64,000 nucleotides of DNA, taken from positions 608,001 through 672,000 of the forward strand of contig CBDCXV010000001.1 of the NCBI GenBank assembly GCA_965223905.1, read 5' to 3'. The stretch comes from Candidatus Latescibacterota bacterium (GTDB taxonomy: Bacteria > Latescibacterota > UBA2968 > UBA8231). Numbering within the stretch: the first letter of the stretch is position 1; every line of letters begins with the position of its first letter. Positions 49,107 through 59,161 of this stretch are shown in pieces. The notes under the pieces were generated by a model, which worked only from the letters and a program-made list of their open reading frames with translations, was not told where the DNA came from and made no database searches. A program made the translations under genes and the position numbers.

Positions 49107-50531
49107 ATGAAGGTTCTCAGCACACGTCGTATCACCAACGACCGCCGGCACAACGCCTTTACCGGCGCCTGCTGGTTCAAGGGAGATCTCTACGTGGGCT
49201 ACCGCCAGGGGGATATCCACTGGCAGGACGATTCCGGCCGAATCGTCGTCCTGCGCAGCCGCGACGCAGGGGTCACCTGGGACACGGTGGCGGTGTTGCG
49301 CGGCGACGACGACACGCGCGACGCCCACCTCTACACGGACGGAAGCAGGTTGTACTGCACCTGTCAGGTGGTGCCCAACGACAGGCACCCGGTACTGTCG
49401 GGACATGGAGTCACCGAGGACGGCGATCACTGGACCCCGTTCGAGCCGTTTGAAGGGACCTGGAACTTCGTGATGTGGCGGCCGGTATGGCATCGGGGCA
49501 AACACTACTGTGCCGGGTACAATCACACGCCTCCCTACGGGGCCCACTGGTTCGAGAGCGAGGACGGCCGCAACTGGGTCGACATGCGGACCATCAGCGA
49601 TTCTCAGGAGGACCAACCGGACGAATGCTACCTGGAAATCCTGCCCGACGGCACGGCCACGATGCTCATGCGGTGCGAGGGCGGACTGCAGAAACCCAAG
49701 CTGTGCCGCAGCCGCTACCCGTTCGAGAAGTGGGATATTCAGCAGCTGGACGTGCGCCTGACCGGACCGGCCTGCTGGACCGTCGACGGCCAGGTCTACA
49801 TCTCCGGCCGCTGGGACCCGATCGACATCCGCATACACGCAGAAGAGGACCACGCCGCCCACACGGGCGTCTTCAGGGTCATCGACGGCGAATGCTTCCT
49901 GATATGCGTGCTGCCCTCCGGACCGCACCCCGACAATTCGTACATGGGGGTAGCCCGCTGGCCGCACAACAGGCACCGCTTCTCCCTCAGCTTTTACAGC
50001 AACGCCGTCGCCAGCGAGGACCCGGCCCTCGATCAGTGGATAAAACCTGACATCTACGTGGCCGACGTGCTCTTCGGCGCCGACTTCATCGACGAGATGC
50101 TGGTCAGCGACCTTGTGGAGACCGGGCGAGGCCTGGAGGCGGCAGCGCTGCCGGTCCCCGAGGCGGGCGTCCTGAAGTTCCGCCCGGTACGTATACCGGA
50201 AGGGGGCACTCCCTACACCCCGGGGCAGAACTTCCTCGATGCCTCGAAGGTCATCGGCGGCCGCGGCGGACTCGTCTACTTCGTCAAGGACATCGAAGTC
50301 GGTCCGTGGAACCACGTCGACGTCCATCTCGGCTACGACGGCCCGGTGAGGGTGTGGTGGAACGGAGAGGAGGTTTTCGAGGGCCCCGGCAGCAGTCCCG
50401 CGGTACAGGACGCGGCGTCGCTGCGCCTGGAATCCAGCCACGGCACGAACCGCCTGGCCCTCGCCCTCGATACGAGGGGGGGACGAGCGCGCGGAATTTA
50501 CGCGCGGTGGGAACGGACCTGGGAGGCGTAG
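49107..50531 (+). CDS. Beta-propeller (BNR-like) protein with C-terminal PA14-like beta domain
   Basis: HNAFT, RSRDAGVTW, DTRDAH, ESEDGRNW, DNSY.G; C-terminal LGYDGPVRVWWNGE. Confidence 0.7.
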   Translation: MKVLSTRRITNDRRHNAFTGACWFKGDLYVGYRQGDIHWQDDSGRIVVLRSRDAGVTWDTVAVLRGDDDTRDAHLYTDGSRLYCTCQVVPNDRHPVLSGHGVTEDGDHWTPFEPFEGTWNFVMWRPVWHRGKHYCAGYNHTPPYGAHWFESEDGRNWVDMRTISDSQEDQPDECYLEILPDGTATMLMRCEGGLQKPKLCRSRYPFEKWDIQQLDVRLTGPACWTVDGQVYISGRWDPIDIRIHAEEDHAAHTGVFRVIDGECFLICVLPSGPHPDNSYMGVARWPHNRHRFSLSFYSNAVASEDPALDQWIKPDIYVADVLFGADFIDEMLVSDLVETGRGLEAAALPVPEAGVLKFRPVRIPEGGTPYTPGQNFLDASKVIGGRGGLVYFVKDIEVGPWNHVDVHLGYDGPVRVWWNGEEVFEGPGSSPAVQDAASLRLESSHGTNRLALALDTRGGRARGIYARWERTWEA

Positions 50532-50594
50532 CGGGGTCGAGCCGGAATCTTCACGACGAGGTCCGTCAGTCCTGGATTCATCGCGCAACCGAGG

Positions 50595-52647
50595 TCAGAA
50601 GGAGCGCTGGTTCTTCGTCAACCAGGCAAGCTCGCGTTTCCAGGTCTTGCGCTCGGCCGCGTCCGTCTCGAACAGGGCCTGCGTCTTCTCGAGCACGAGC
50701 GTGAACGGCCTGCCGGTCCGGCGGGTCTCGTGGGTCACCGGCAAAGCGTGTTCAGAGATGATTCCGTGGATATGCCGGCGCTTCTGCTTGGCGAGGGGCC
50801 ACTCGAAAAGGGTGCGCTTCGGATTGACGAGGAACCGGGAAAGCTGCTTGCACAAGTCGCATCGGCAGTGCACGGGCGCGGGGATGGACCAGTCGTTCTG
50901 CCTGCGGGGTGGTTGGTCGAGGCGTGACTGGAGCTCCTCCATGCAGCGCCCGTGCAGCTCGCCCATTCCCAGCCCTGCCAGCGTCGTTCGCGGGCAGGTT
51001 CGCAGCGCGGTGCGAAGAAGGTGGGTCAGGGCGAGGACGGGGCCGCCGGCCGCGGTGACTGCGAAGCGCAGCATCGTGTCGTGAAGCTCGCGGCTGCCGG
51101 CGACGAGGCTGCTCTCCAGCAGGCCGAGGAACGGCTCGCAGTCCGCTTTCAGCACCTCGAGAGAGGACCAGGGGTCGGGCAATTCGCAGCCCTCTCTCCA
51201 AGGGAAACGGCGAGGTCCGGTTTCCCGAGCTGTTCGGCGACCAGCAAAGTGTTGATGAAGAAGGCCGGTCCTTTTTCGAGGTGCACGGAAGCCGGCCAGA
51301 AGGGCAGGACCTCCCCGGTCAGGGAGCGGGCCTTACCGGCGTCCCCGGATTTCAGCTTTTTCGCGATTTCGCCGATGGCCCAGGGCCCCGAGGCCTCGGC
51401 CCTCAGTGCGAAGCCGTGCCGACGAGGCCAGAGGACGACGGCGGCGCGGCGATACCAGCGATCGACCGTATCGCCCCAGTTGCCCATGTAGGGCTCGTGC
51501 TCGGAGTTGAACGGTCTCAGCTCGGCCGAGGGCTTCGTGTAGAAGACCTCGTGCTCGCGGACGTAGCGGCTCCCCCGCGGCTTTCCCCGCCCCACCCAGT
51601 GGCGAAGCTCGATCTCGGTGTCGATCAAATCCCCCAGGCTCGCGGAATCGGAGGGTTCCTCGTCTTCGTCCTCTTCCTCGTCATGGTCATGGTAGTACCA
51701 GCTTCTCCCCATGCCGTGGTACATCTCTCCCTCGTCGGACCTGGTCTCACGCACCTCCGCCAGGGCCAGGAAAATCTCGCAATCGAGCTGCGGGGCAACC
51801 TCCTGCAACGCCGCGGCGCGGGCGGCGTCCGCGTTCTTGAGACGCTGCCAGTCGAGTCCCCGCTGGGTGTTCCGATGGTCGAGGAGGTAGACGAAAACGC
51901 GGTACGGCTGGTCTCTCCACAAGGTGGGAGGGGGGGGGTCTCGAAGTACTCGCCGACCGCCCGGGTCAGCGGCTCGATCACGTCCGCCGCAGGGGAGGAG
52001 GAGACCCCGGCGGTGCCGCGTTCGGCCCGCAGGTTGTAGGTCAGAACCACCCGGTAGCCCTCCTTCACCGGCCGCACCTCGTGGCGGCAATCGGCGTAGA
52101 AGGCGATGAGGGTCAACTTCTCGCGCGAGCCCCTGAAGCTCACCTTCTCGTCGTGATGCTGCACCTGGATCGAGCCGCCCTTGTGATCCGAAGGGAGGAG
52201 GACGACGAGGCTGCCGATCATGCCGTCCTGCTTCTCGGTGTCCTGGTGGGGGAGAAAGAACTGGCCCGGCTCGTAGACCAGCATGTTGTGCAGCTCCGCG
52301 GACAGGCGGCACTCCTCGGGCAGCCCGAGGCCGCGGCGGATGCGCTCCAGCTCCGGGAGGAGAGTCTGCTTCCATTTGCGCTGGTCGATTTTGACCCGGC
52401 TGCGAGCGATCTCCCAGGTGTCGCGGACCCCGGGATCGAGAAGGGTCCGGTCTCCGAGGCCGTAGCGGGCAGGACGGGCGATACCGCACAACCGGCGCCC
52501 CCTGGCGCGGGTGACCGGCAGGCGGACGGGGCCGACGCCCCGCACTTCGAGGCGCAGTGCCTCGGGGGCGGCTGTGGTGCGCGTGGCGAAGGCGCCGGGC
52601 GGCCCGATCTTCGCCAGGAGGTCGGTCAGTTCGCGGTGCAGCTTCAT
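50595..52647 (-). pseudogene. Large 2OG-Fe(II) oxygenase-domain protein, disrupted
   Basis: LVYEPGQFFLPHQDTEK, FYADCRHEV, RVVLTYNL; continues across three frames (shift near the G-run 51930-51938, break near 51200); no room upstream for a promoter or RBS. Confidence 0.8.
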
Positions 52648-53692
52648 GCAAGAAGGGTCGGTAGTGATACCCGGTTTTCAACGGCATTTCGTCTGGGATC
52701 GAAAGCGAGCTTCCAAGCTGATAGAGTCATTGATCCTCGGTCTACCTGTGCCCCCGTTATTCCTGTATGAGGAAAGCAAAAACCGGTTCCTGGTGATTGA
52801 TGGACAGCAGCGATTGATGTCCATCTATTATTTCATCAAGCAAAGGTTTCCACGTGGCGAAGCGAGGACAAGACTTCGGGAAGTTTTCAATGAGCATGGA
52901 AGAATCCCTGACGACGTCCTGCATAACGACGACTACTTCCAAAATTTTCGTCTCAGTCTGCCTTCCAAGCTGGCTGGTGGACAGAATGAACTCGACCGGT
53001 TGTCCTATGCAACGCTTGGGGATCACAAGACGACACTGAACCTGCGTCCGATTCGCAACGTAATAGTCAAGCAGAATTCTCCGAGTGCCGACAATTCTTC
53101 GATTTACGAGATATTCAGCCGCCTGAGCTCCGGCGGCGTGAACCTGACTCCCCAGGAAATTCGCTTGAGTCTCTATCATTCGGAATTCTACGATATGCTC
53201 CATCGAATCAATGGCGATCCGAAATGGAGAAGACTGATTGGAAGTAGTAAACCGGATCTGCACATGAAGGACATCGAGGTTTTACTCCGAATGTTTGCCA
53301 TGCTTGTGGATTCGGACAACTATGCCCCTTCGATGGTGAAATTCCTGAATCAATTCTCCAAGAAATGTGAATCGCATACCGACGAACAGAATTGTCTCCT
53401 GCGGTCCATATTCCAGGGTTTTGTCGAAGCCAGCTCGGAATTGCGGGAAACCTCATTTCTCAACAAACGAACGCGCAGATTCAACATTGCACTGATCGAG
53501 GCAGTTTTTGCGTCGGCGTGCAGCGCCGCGTTCCGGGAACGACGTGATCCACGTGGCAAGTTGGGGGATTCCGAGATTGAGTCGTTAGGAGCTGATGAAG
53601 AGTTCCAGGCGTCGTCGTCCTCGGCCACGACTCAAACCTCCAATGTCGTGAAACGACTTGAGCGTGGAGCGGCCCTGATTACTTCGCTCTGA
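52646..53692 (+). CDS. DUF262 (GmrSD/ParB-like NTPase) protein, probably 5'-truncated
   Basis: IPGFQRHFVW, LIESLILGLPVP, VIDGQQRL, IFSRLSSGG (FxxxN altered); lower GC. Confidence 0.85.
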   Translation: MQEGSVVIPGFQRHFVWDRKRASKLIESLILGLPVPPLFLYEESKNRFLVIDGQQRLMSIYYFIKQRFPRGEARTRLREVFNEHGRIPDDVLHNDDYFQNFRLSLPSKLAGGQNELDRLSYATLGDHKTTLNLRPIRNVIVKQNSPSADNSSIYEIFSRLSSGGVNLTPQEIRLSLYHSEFYDMLHRINGDPKWRRLIGSSKPDLHMKDIEVLLRMFAMLVDSDNYAPSMVKFLNQFSKKCESHTDEQNCLLRSIFQGFVEASSELRETSFLNKRTRRFNIALIEAVFASACSAAFRERRDPRGKLGDSEIESLGADEEFQASSSSATTQTSNVVKRLERGAALITSL

Positions 53693-53693
53693 G

Positions 53694-54042
53694 ATGGCCA
53701 AGTCATCCGTGTCGGTTGTTGACCAGCTCCACGATAAATTTGGCGAACTCAGTGCCGCACTCAACGAGACGGACATCTCCCTGCGTTCCGCAGCCGAAGA
53801 AACCTTCAGGAAAGCGCTGCTGCTATCAGCGGCGAGCTATGGATGACCGGATGGACGACTCGATGCGAGAGTCCGTTTCTGCATTTGTGGAGATTGGCCG
53901 GGAGAGGAATCGTCTCGTGCATTCGGATTTCGGGTCATTCGCCATGGAGAAGACCTCGGCCGAGATTTACCAGCTCTACCAGAAAGCCATGGATTTTGTC
54001 GAATCCTTGCGCGATCACTTCCAGGAGTTCATGGCTCCGTAA
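53694..54042 (+). pseudogene. HEPN-domain RNase (RiboL-PSP/MAE_28990-like) with internal deletion
   Basis: MAKSS...FRKALLLSAASY stops at 53846; another frame resumes ...RERNRLVHSDF (RxxxxH). Confidence 0.72.
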
Positions 54043-54279
54043 TGCAAAAGAAGCAAGGTCCAGCAGCATCGAGGTGTCGAAGCGGAAATCGCATGGTCTT
54101 CGACCGCATGGCTCAAATGTTGAAGGATCCGGAAACTCTCTACTGGCCCTGCTCGTCAGCGGTTTCCCGGGACGGTGAAACGCACCCCGATCCGGGGCGC
54201 TTCGCAGGGTCGGGTCATGTCCAGTCCGAACACTGGTGGAAGAACTGGCAGCCTTGCCGTATAGCCCCCAGGTGAACCC

Positions 54280-55902
54280 ATGAACGGTGCCGACCTCCTG
54301 GCGCAGACGCTTTCGGCTCTGCGCGTCGAATGGATCTCCACCCTGTGCGGGCACGGCCTCAACGAGGTGTACGCCGCCTGCGGCCGCGCCGGCATCCGCC
54401 TGATCGACACCCGCAACGAGCAGACCGCCGCCTACATGGCCGAGAGCTGGGGCCGCATGAGCGGGGAGGTCGGGGTGTGTGCGGTCAGCAGCGGCGTCGC
54501 CCACGCCAACGCCCTGACGGGGGTCGTCAACGCCCACCTCGACGGCGCCCCGATGTTGCTGCTCACCGGCGCCGGGCCTTTGGGCACCGCGGGTATGGGG
54601 CATTTCCAGGACTTCGAGCAGGTGGCCCTGGCCGCCCCGGTCTGCAAGTACGCGCGCGTCCTCGACATACCCGGACGCATCTCCGAGCAGGTGCGCGAGG
54701 CCTTCGAAATCGCCCGCAGCGGACGCCCCGGACCGGTGCACCTCACCTTCCCGATGGACGTCCAGGAAGCCGAGGTCGAGGCCGGGCCACCGGCGCCGCC
54801 GAGCCGCCTCGAGTACCGGCCGCAGGCCGGCGAGGCCAGCGTTGCCAGGGCGGTGAAGATGCTGGCCGCGGCCGAGCGTCCTCTCCTGGTAGCCGGCAGC
54901 GGAGCCTGGTACTCCGGCGCCGGGGAGGTCCTCGCCGACTTCTGCACCACCTTCGCCATTCCGTTCGTCGTGCCGATCTGGGACCGCGGCTGCGTCGTCG
55001 GCAGGCGGGCGGAGTTCCTCGGGGTGGTCGGCGCCGCCAGCGGCGGACCGGACCTGCTCGGGGAGGCGGACCTCCTGCTGCTGGTCGGCGCCGCCGCCGA
55101 TTACCGGGTCGGCTTCCTGCAGCCCCCGGAGATCTCCGGGGATGCCGCGGTCATCCGCATCGACATCGACCCCGGGCGCCTGCACCATCTGCCGTCGAGC
55201 GGGCTGGCGATCCTCGCCGATCCCGCCGCGGCCCTGGAACAGCTCGACAGCGCCTGCACCGAGCAGCAGATACGGGGGTTCGGGAGCTGGCTCGCCGAGA
55301 CCCGTTCCCGCGTCGACGCCCACTGCCGCGAGATAACCGGAGCGGTGGACCGGTCCGGCAGGCTGCACTCCCTCGACGTCGTCGAAGCCCTCGCCGCTGC
55401 TGCGGGGGAGGAGGCAGTCCTCATCGTCGACGGCGGCAACATCGGGCAGTGGTTTCACCAGACCGCCGGGCGGGAGCGCTACTCCGGCCTGACCGTGACC
55501 TGCGGCGCCAGCGGCGTCGTCGGCTACGGCATCGGGGCCGCCATGGCGGCGCGCGCCGGGTTCCCGCAGCGTCCGGTCGCGCTGCTGTCCGGGGACGGCG
55601 CGGCCACCTTCAACCTGACCGACCTCGAGTGCGCCGTCCGCCAGAAGCTCCCCTTCCTGATGGTGGTAGCCGACGACGAGAGCTGGGGGATCACCGAGAC
55701 CGGCCACCTGCAGGCCTACGGCAAGGCGATGAGCAGCCACCTCGGGCCGGTCGACTTCGCCGCCGCGGCGCGCGCCTTCGGCGCCCTCGGGATCCGCGTC
55801 GAGGATCGCGACGAGCTGCAGAAGGCCCTGGCCGGCGCCCTCGCCGCGGAGGTCCCGGCGCTCGTCCACGTTCCGATTGCCGGCGGTTTCCCCGGCGGTT
55901 GA
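54280..55902 (+). CDS. Thiamine pyrophosphate-dependent enzyme (acetolactate synthase-like)
   Basis: TRNEQTAAYMA, GRPGPVHL, GYGIGAAMAA, GDG TPP motif. Confidence 0.9.
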   Translation: MNGADLLAQTLSALRVEWISTLCGHGLNEVYAACGRAGIRLIDTRNEQTAAYMAESWGRMSGEVGVCAVSSGVAHANALTGVVNAHLDGAPMLLLTGAGPLGTAGMGHFQDFEQVALAAPVCKYARVLDIPGRISEQVREAFEIARSGRPGPVHLTFPMDVQEAEVEAGPPAPPSRLEYRPQAGEASVARAVKMLAAAERPLLVAGSGAWYSGAGEVLADFCTTFAIPFVVPIWDRGCVVGRRAEFLGVVGAASGGPDLLGEADLLLLVGAAADYRVGFLQPPEISGDAAVIRIDIDPGRLHHLPSSGLAILADPAAALEQLDSACTEQQIRGFGSWLAETRSRVDAHCREITGAVDRSGRLHSLDVVEALAAAAGEEAVLIVDGGNIGQWFHQTAGRERYSGLTVTCGASGVVGYGIGAAMAARAGFPQRPVALLSGDGAATFNLTDLECAVRQKLPFLMVVADDESWGITETGHLQAYGKAMSSHLGPVDFAAAARAFGALGIRVEDRDELQKALAGALAAEVPALVHVPIAGGFPGG

Positions 55903-55921
55903 GGGAGGAAAGGCAAGCCTC

Positions 55922-57103
55922 GTGAAGATCACCCGCATCGAAACCGCGGTCGTCGACGCCGGCTGGCGGCCGTGGCTGTTCGTCAAGGTCGAAACCGATA
56001 CCGGCGTCACCGGCTACGGCGAGTGCAGCGACGGCAAGAACCCCCTGGGTGTGGCCGGGGCCATCGACGACCTGAAACCGCTTCTCCTGGGAGCGGACCC
56101 CCGCGCCTACGAGACGCGCTTCCAGGACATGATCCGCGGCTCGCGGCAGAGTCCGGGAGGGATCGCCGCCAAGGCGATCGCCGGCATCGAGCTCGCCCTC
56201 GTCGACGCCAAGGCGCGCGCCCTCGGCATTGCGGTCACCGAGCTGTTCGGCGGTCCCACACGGGACCGCGTGCGCATCTACTGGTCGCACTGCGGCACCT
56301 CGCGGGCCCTCAACCACGAGCTGCTCGGAACGCCCCCGCTGCGCTCGCTGGACGACATCGCCGCTCTCGGCAGGGAGGTGGTCGCAAAGGGGTATACCGC
56401 ACTCAAGACCAACATCGTATTTCCGGGGGAGCCGGCGTCGGTCTACTTCCCTTGCTTCGGACAGGGGGACACAACCGACCAGACGGTGAGCCGCGAGCTG
56501 ATCGACCACGTCGCGGCCCAGATAGAGGCCTTCCGCGAAGGCACGGGCGCCGCTGCGGAAATAGCCCTCGACCTCAACTTCAACTTCAAGCCGGAAGCCT
56601 GCGTGCGCCTCGCCCGCGCTCTCGAGCCGTTGGACCTGATGTGGCTGGAGATCGACCTCTACGACTGCGAGGCGATCCGCCACGTCCGCGAGAACACGAG
56701 CATCCCGGTCTGCACCGGGGAGAACCTCTACTACATGCGGGACTACCTGCCGTACTTCCGGGCAAAGGCCGCGGACGTGTACATGATCGACGTCCCCTGG
56801 AACGGCTTCTCACAGGCGAAGAAGATCGGCGACCTCGCCGAGACCTTTCAGCACAACATCGCCCCGCACAACTACTACAGCCACCTTGCGACCTTCATCG
56901 GCGCCAGCCTGTGCGCGGTGCTGCCGAACGTTCACATCATGGAGATCGACGTCGACGACGTGCCGTGGAAGGACGCCCTGGTGACGAACCTGCCGGAGAT
57001 CGAGGCGGGAGCGATGAAGACGCCTGCAGGCATCGGGTGGGGCACCGAGCTCGACTGGGACGAGGTGCTGCGGCACCCCTGGACCGGCAAGTCCTTCTGG
57101 TAG
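55922..57103 (+). CDS. Mandelate racemase/muconate lactonizing enzyme family protein
   Basis: WLFVKVETDTGVTGYGE, ALDLN, WLE, CTGE, APHN, IMEID. Confidence 0.9.
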   Translation: MKITRIETAVVDAGWRPWLFVKVETDTGVTGYGECSDGKNPLGVAGAIDDLKPLLLGADPRAYETRFQDMIRGSRQSPGGIAAKAIAGIELALVDAKARALGIAVTELFGGPTRDRVRIYWSHCGTSRALNHELLGTPPLRSLDDIAALGREVVAKGYTALKTNIVFPGEPASVYFPCFGQGDTTDQTVSRELIDHVAAQIEAFREGTGAAAEIALDLNFNFKPEACVRLARALEPLDLMWLEIDLYDCEAIRHVRENTSIPVCTGENLYYMRDYLPYFRAKAADVYMIDVPWNGFSQAKKIGDLAETFQHNIAPHNYYSHLATFIGASLCAVLPNVHIMEIDVDDVPWKDALVTNLPEIEAGAMKTPAGIGWGTELDWDEVLRHPWTGKSFW

Positions 57104-57185
57104 GACCCGGCGCCGCGCAGGGGCCCGGGCATGCCGGGAAAGCGGATGAGCGGGAGGCGGTCCGGTCAGGCGGAACCGCGTCGGC

Positions 57186-58082
57186 TCAGTAGAGAAGCCG
57201 GTACAGCCGCTGGGGGTAGTCGCCGACGACCGGGTGGTGGCGGCCCAGCAGGTGAAAGACCGACACCATCGCCTCCTTGGCGGCCCCCTGGCCGTAGTTG
57301 CCGTCTTTCTCGAGCACCTGGAACCACTCCTGTAAAGCAGTGGCGTAGTCGCCGTCCACCGCGGCGCAGCAGCCGAGCCGGTAGCGGGCCTCGAGGTCTG
57401 CGGCGTCGGCGAGCAGGCGCCCGGCGCAGGCCTGGCGTCCCCCGCCCTCCTCGCACAGGCGGTGGAACTCCAGCTGCTTGAGCAGGGCCTGGCCCTGGTC
57501 GTACTCGCTGGTGCCCTGCTCGATCCTTCCCACCAGCTCGCGCACTTCGTCGAAGCGGTTCTCCAGCAGGCGCACGCGGGCAAGGCCCACCCAGGCGGCG
57601 CCGTTGTCGTCGTCATTCTGCAGGGCCTGCTCGAACAGGGCCGCGGCCCCGGCCAGGTCGCCGCCGTCGATGCGCGCCCTGCCGACCTCGACGAGGTCGC
57701 CGTCCACCTCTTCTTCGCCCGGCGGCGCTCCGGCGACGTGGCGCCTGAGCACCTCCTCGACCTGCTGGCGCGGCAGCGCCCCGGTGAACTCGTCCACGAG
57801 TTGGCCGTCCTTGACGATCTTGACCGCGGGGATTCCCTGGACGCGGAACGCCATCGCCAGGTCCTGGTTGTCGTCGACGTTGACCTTGGCCAGCGCCACT
57901 CCCGGCCCGAGTGCGGCGACCACCTCCTCGAGCACCGGTCCCAGGGTCTTGCAGGGCTCGCACCAGGGAGCCCAGAAGTCGACGACGACGACCCGCTCGC
58001 TCGAGCCGTTGAGGACGACCTCTTCGAAGTTGTCCGAATCTACATCGATAACCCGGGATGTCATTTCCATTGCGCTCGCCAT
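57186..58082 (-). CDS. cnoX: Thioredoxin + TPR chaperedoxin (CnoX/YbbN)
   Basis: VVDFWAPWCEPCK, AKVNVD, C-terminal TPRs ending RLYRLLY. Confidence 0.88.
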   Translation of the reverse strand: MASAMEMTSRVIDVDSDNFEEVVLNGSSERVVVVDFWAPWCEPCKTLGPVLEEVVAALGPGVALAKVNVDDNQDLAMAFRVQGIPAVKIVKDGQLVDEFTGALPRQQVEEVLRRHVAGAPPGEEEVDGDLVEVGRARIDGGDLAGAAALFEQALQNDDDNGAAWVGLARVRLLENRFDEVRELVGRIEQGTSEYDQGQALLKQLEFHRLCEEGGGRQACAGRLLADAADLEARYRLGCCAAVDGDYATALQEWFQVLEKDGNYGQGAAKEAMVSVFHLLGRHHPVVGDYPQRLYRLLY

Positions 58083-58094
58083 CCTTCGCCTTGG

Positions 58095-59144
58095 TTACTG
58101 CGCCCTGCCGCGGCCGGCGACCTCCCAGACCTCCTCGACCTCGCCGTTGCGCACCGCGTAAATGCGGTCGTGGAGGTTGGTGGTCATGCCGCCGTGCAGC
58201 GGGATGAACGACAGCATGTCGCCCACAGCAAATGTATGGGACGACCCGGTGATGTCTACGTGGCCGTGCTCCACCGACATCCCCTTGAAGGCGATTTCCG
58301 GGTGCTCGATGCAGTAGCCGTACGGGGTCGGCGGGTAGCTGGTGAACACCTTCATCCCGGCATCGACGATGATCTGGCCGGGAACCGAGGTGCTCACCAC
58401 CGTCACCACCATGCGCAGGGGACAGCGCACCGGATCGAGGTCCTGCCGTTTTCCCACCCGCGTCATGCCCTCGTACGCGTACGAGCCGATGCGCGTCTCC
58501 GTGCACCCGAGGGACTTCGATATCTCCTCGCTGCCGGTGCCGCCGCCGCTGACGATCTCCAGCGGCAGCCCCGCGGCCGAGGTCAGAGATCTCACCTCGT
58601 CGAGGAACAGCCGCGCCCGCTCGCTGCTCGGGTAGGTCATGACCCCGCAGAAACGCAGTCCGGGCAGCCGGTCTATGGTTTGGGCGAGGGCGAGGGTCTC
58701 CGCGGGGGACTGCACCCCGACGCGCCCGCCGCCGGTGTCCATTTCGATGATGACGCGGAAGCTGCAGCCGTCCCGGGCAGCCTGCGCCGACAGGCCTTCC
58801 GCCGTCGCTGCCGAATCGGCCGCCACCGTGACCGTCGCCGTTCCCGGCCGCACCAGGCGGGACAGGCGCTCGAGCTTCGGCCTGCCGACGAGGTTGTAGG
58901 GGATGAGGATGTCCTCGATGCCGGCGGCCGCCATCGCCTCGGCTTCTCCCAGCTTCTGGCTGACGATGCCGATCGCCCCGGCGGTTACCTGCCGGCGGGC
59001 GATCGCCGGGGTCTTGTGCGTCTTGGTGTGCACGCGCAGGGCGATGCCGAGCCGGTCGCACGCCTGCTGCAGCTGGGCGATGTTGCGTTCGAGGCCGTCG
59101 AGGTCGACGGTCAGGGCGGGGGTGTCCAGGTCGGTAACGCGCAC
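58095..59144 (-). CDS. DSD1 / D-threonine aldolase family PLP enzyme
   Basis: DTPAL.VD, HTKTHK, KLGEAE, EMDTG..RVG, SGGGT, SVEHG. Confidence 0.88.
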   Translation of the reverse strand: MRVTDLDTPALTVDLDGLERNIAQLQQACDRLGIALRVHTKTHKTPAIARRQVTAGAIGIVSQKLGEAEAMAAAGIEDILIPYNLVGRPKLERLSRLVRPGTATVTVAADSAATAEGLSAQAARDGCSFRVIIEMDTGGGRVGVQSPAETLALAQTIDRLPGLRFCGVMTYPSSERARLFLDEVRSLTSAAGLPLEIVSGGGTGSEEISKSLGCTETRIGSYAYEGMTRVGKRQDLDPVRCPLRMVVTVVSTSVPGQIIVDAGMKVFTSYPPTPYGYCIEHPEIAFKGMSVEHGHVDITGSSHTFAVGDMLSFIPLHGGMTTNLHDRIYAVRNGEVEEVWEVAGRGRAQ

Positions 59145-59161
59145 GAAAAAGCTCCTTCCGT

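Noticed and set aside
54042-54275. 77-aa ORF after the HEPN remnant
   Set aside because: No RBS or recognisable motif; probably residual degraded sequence.
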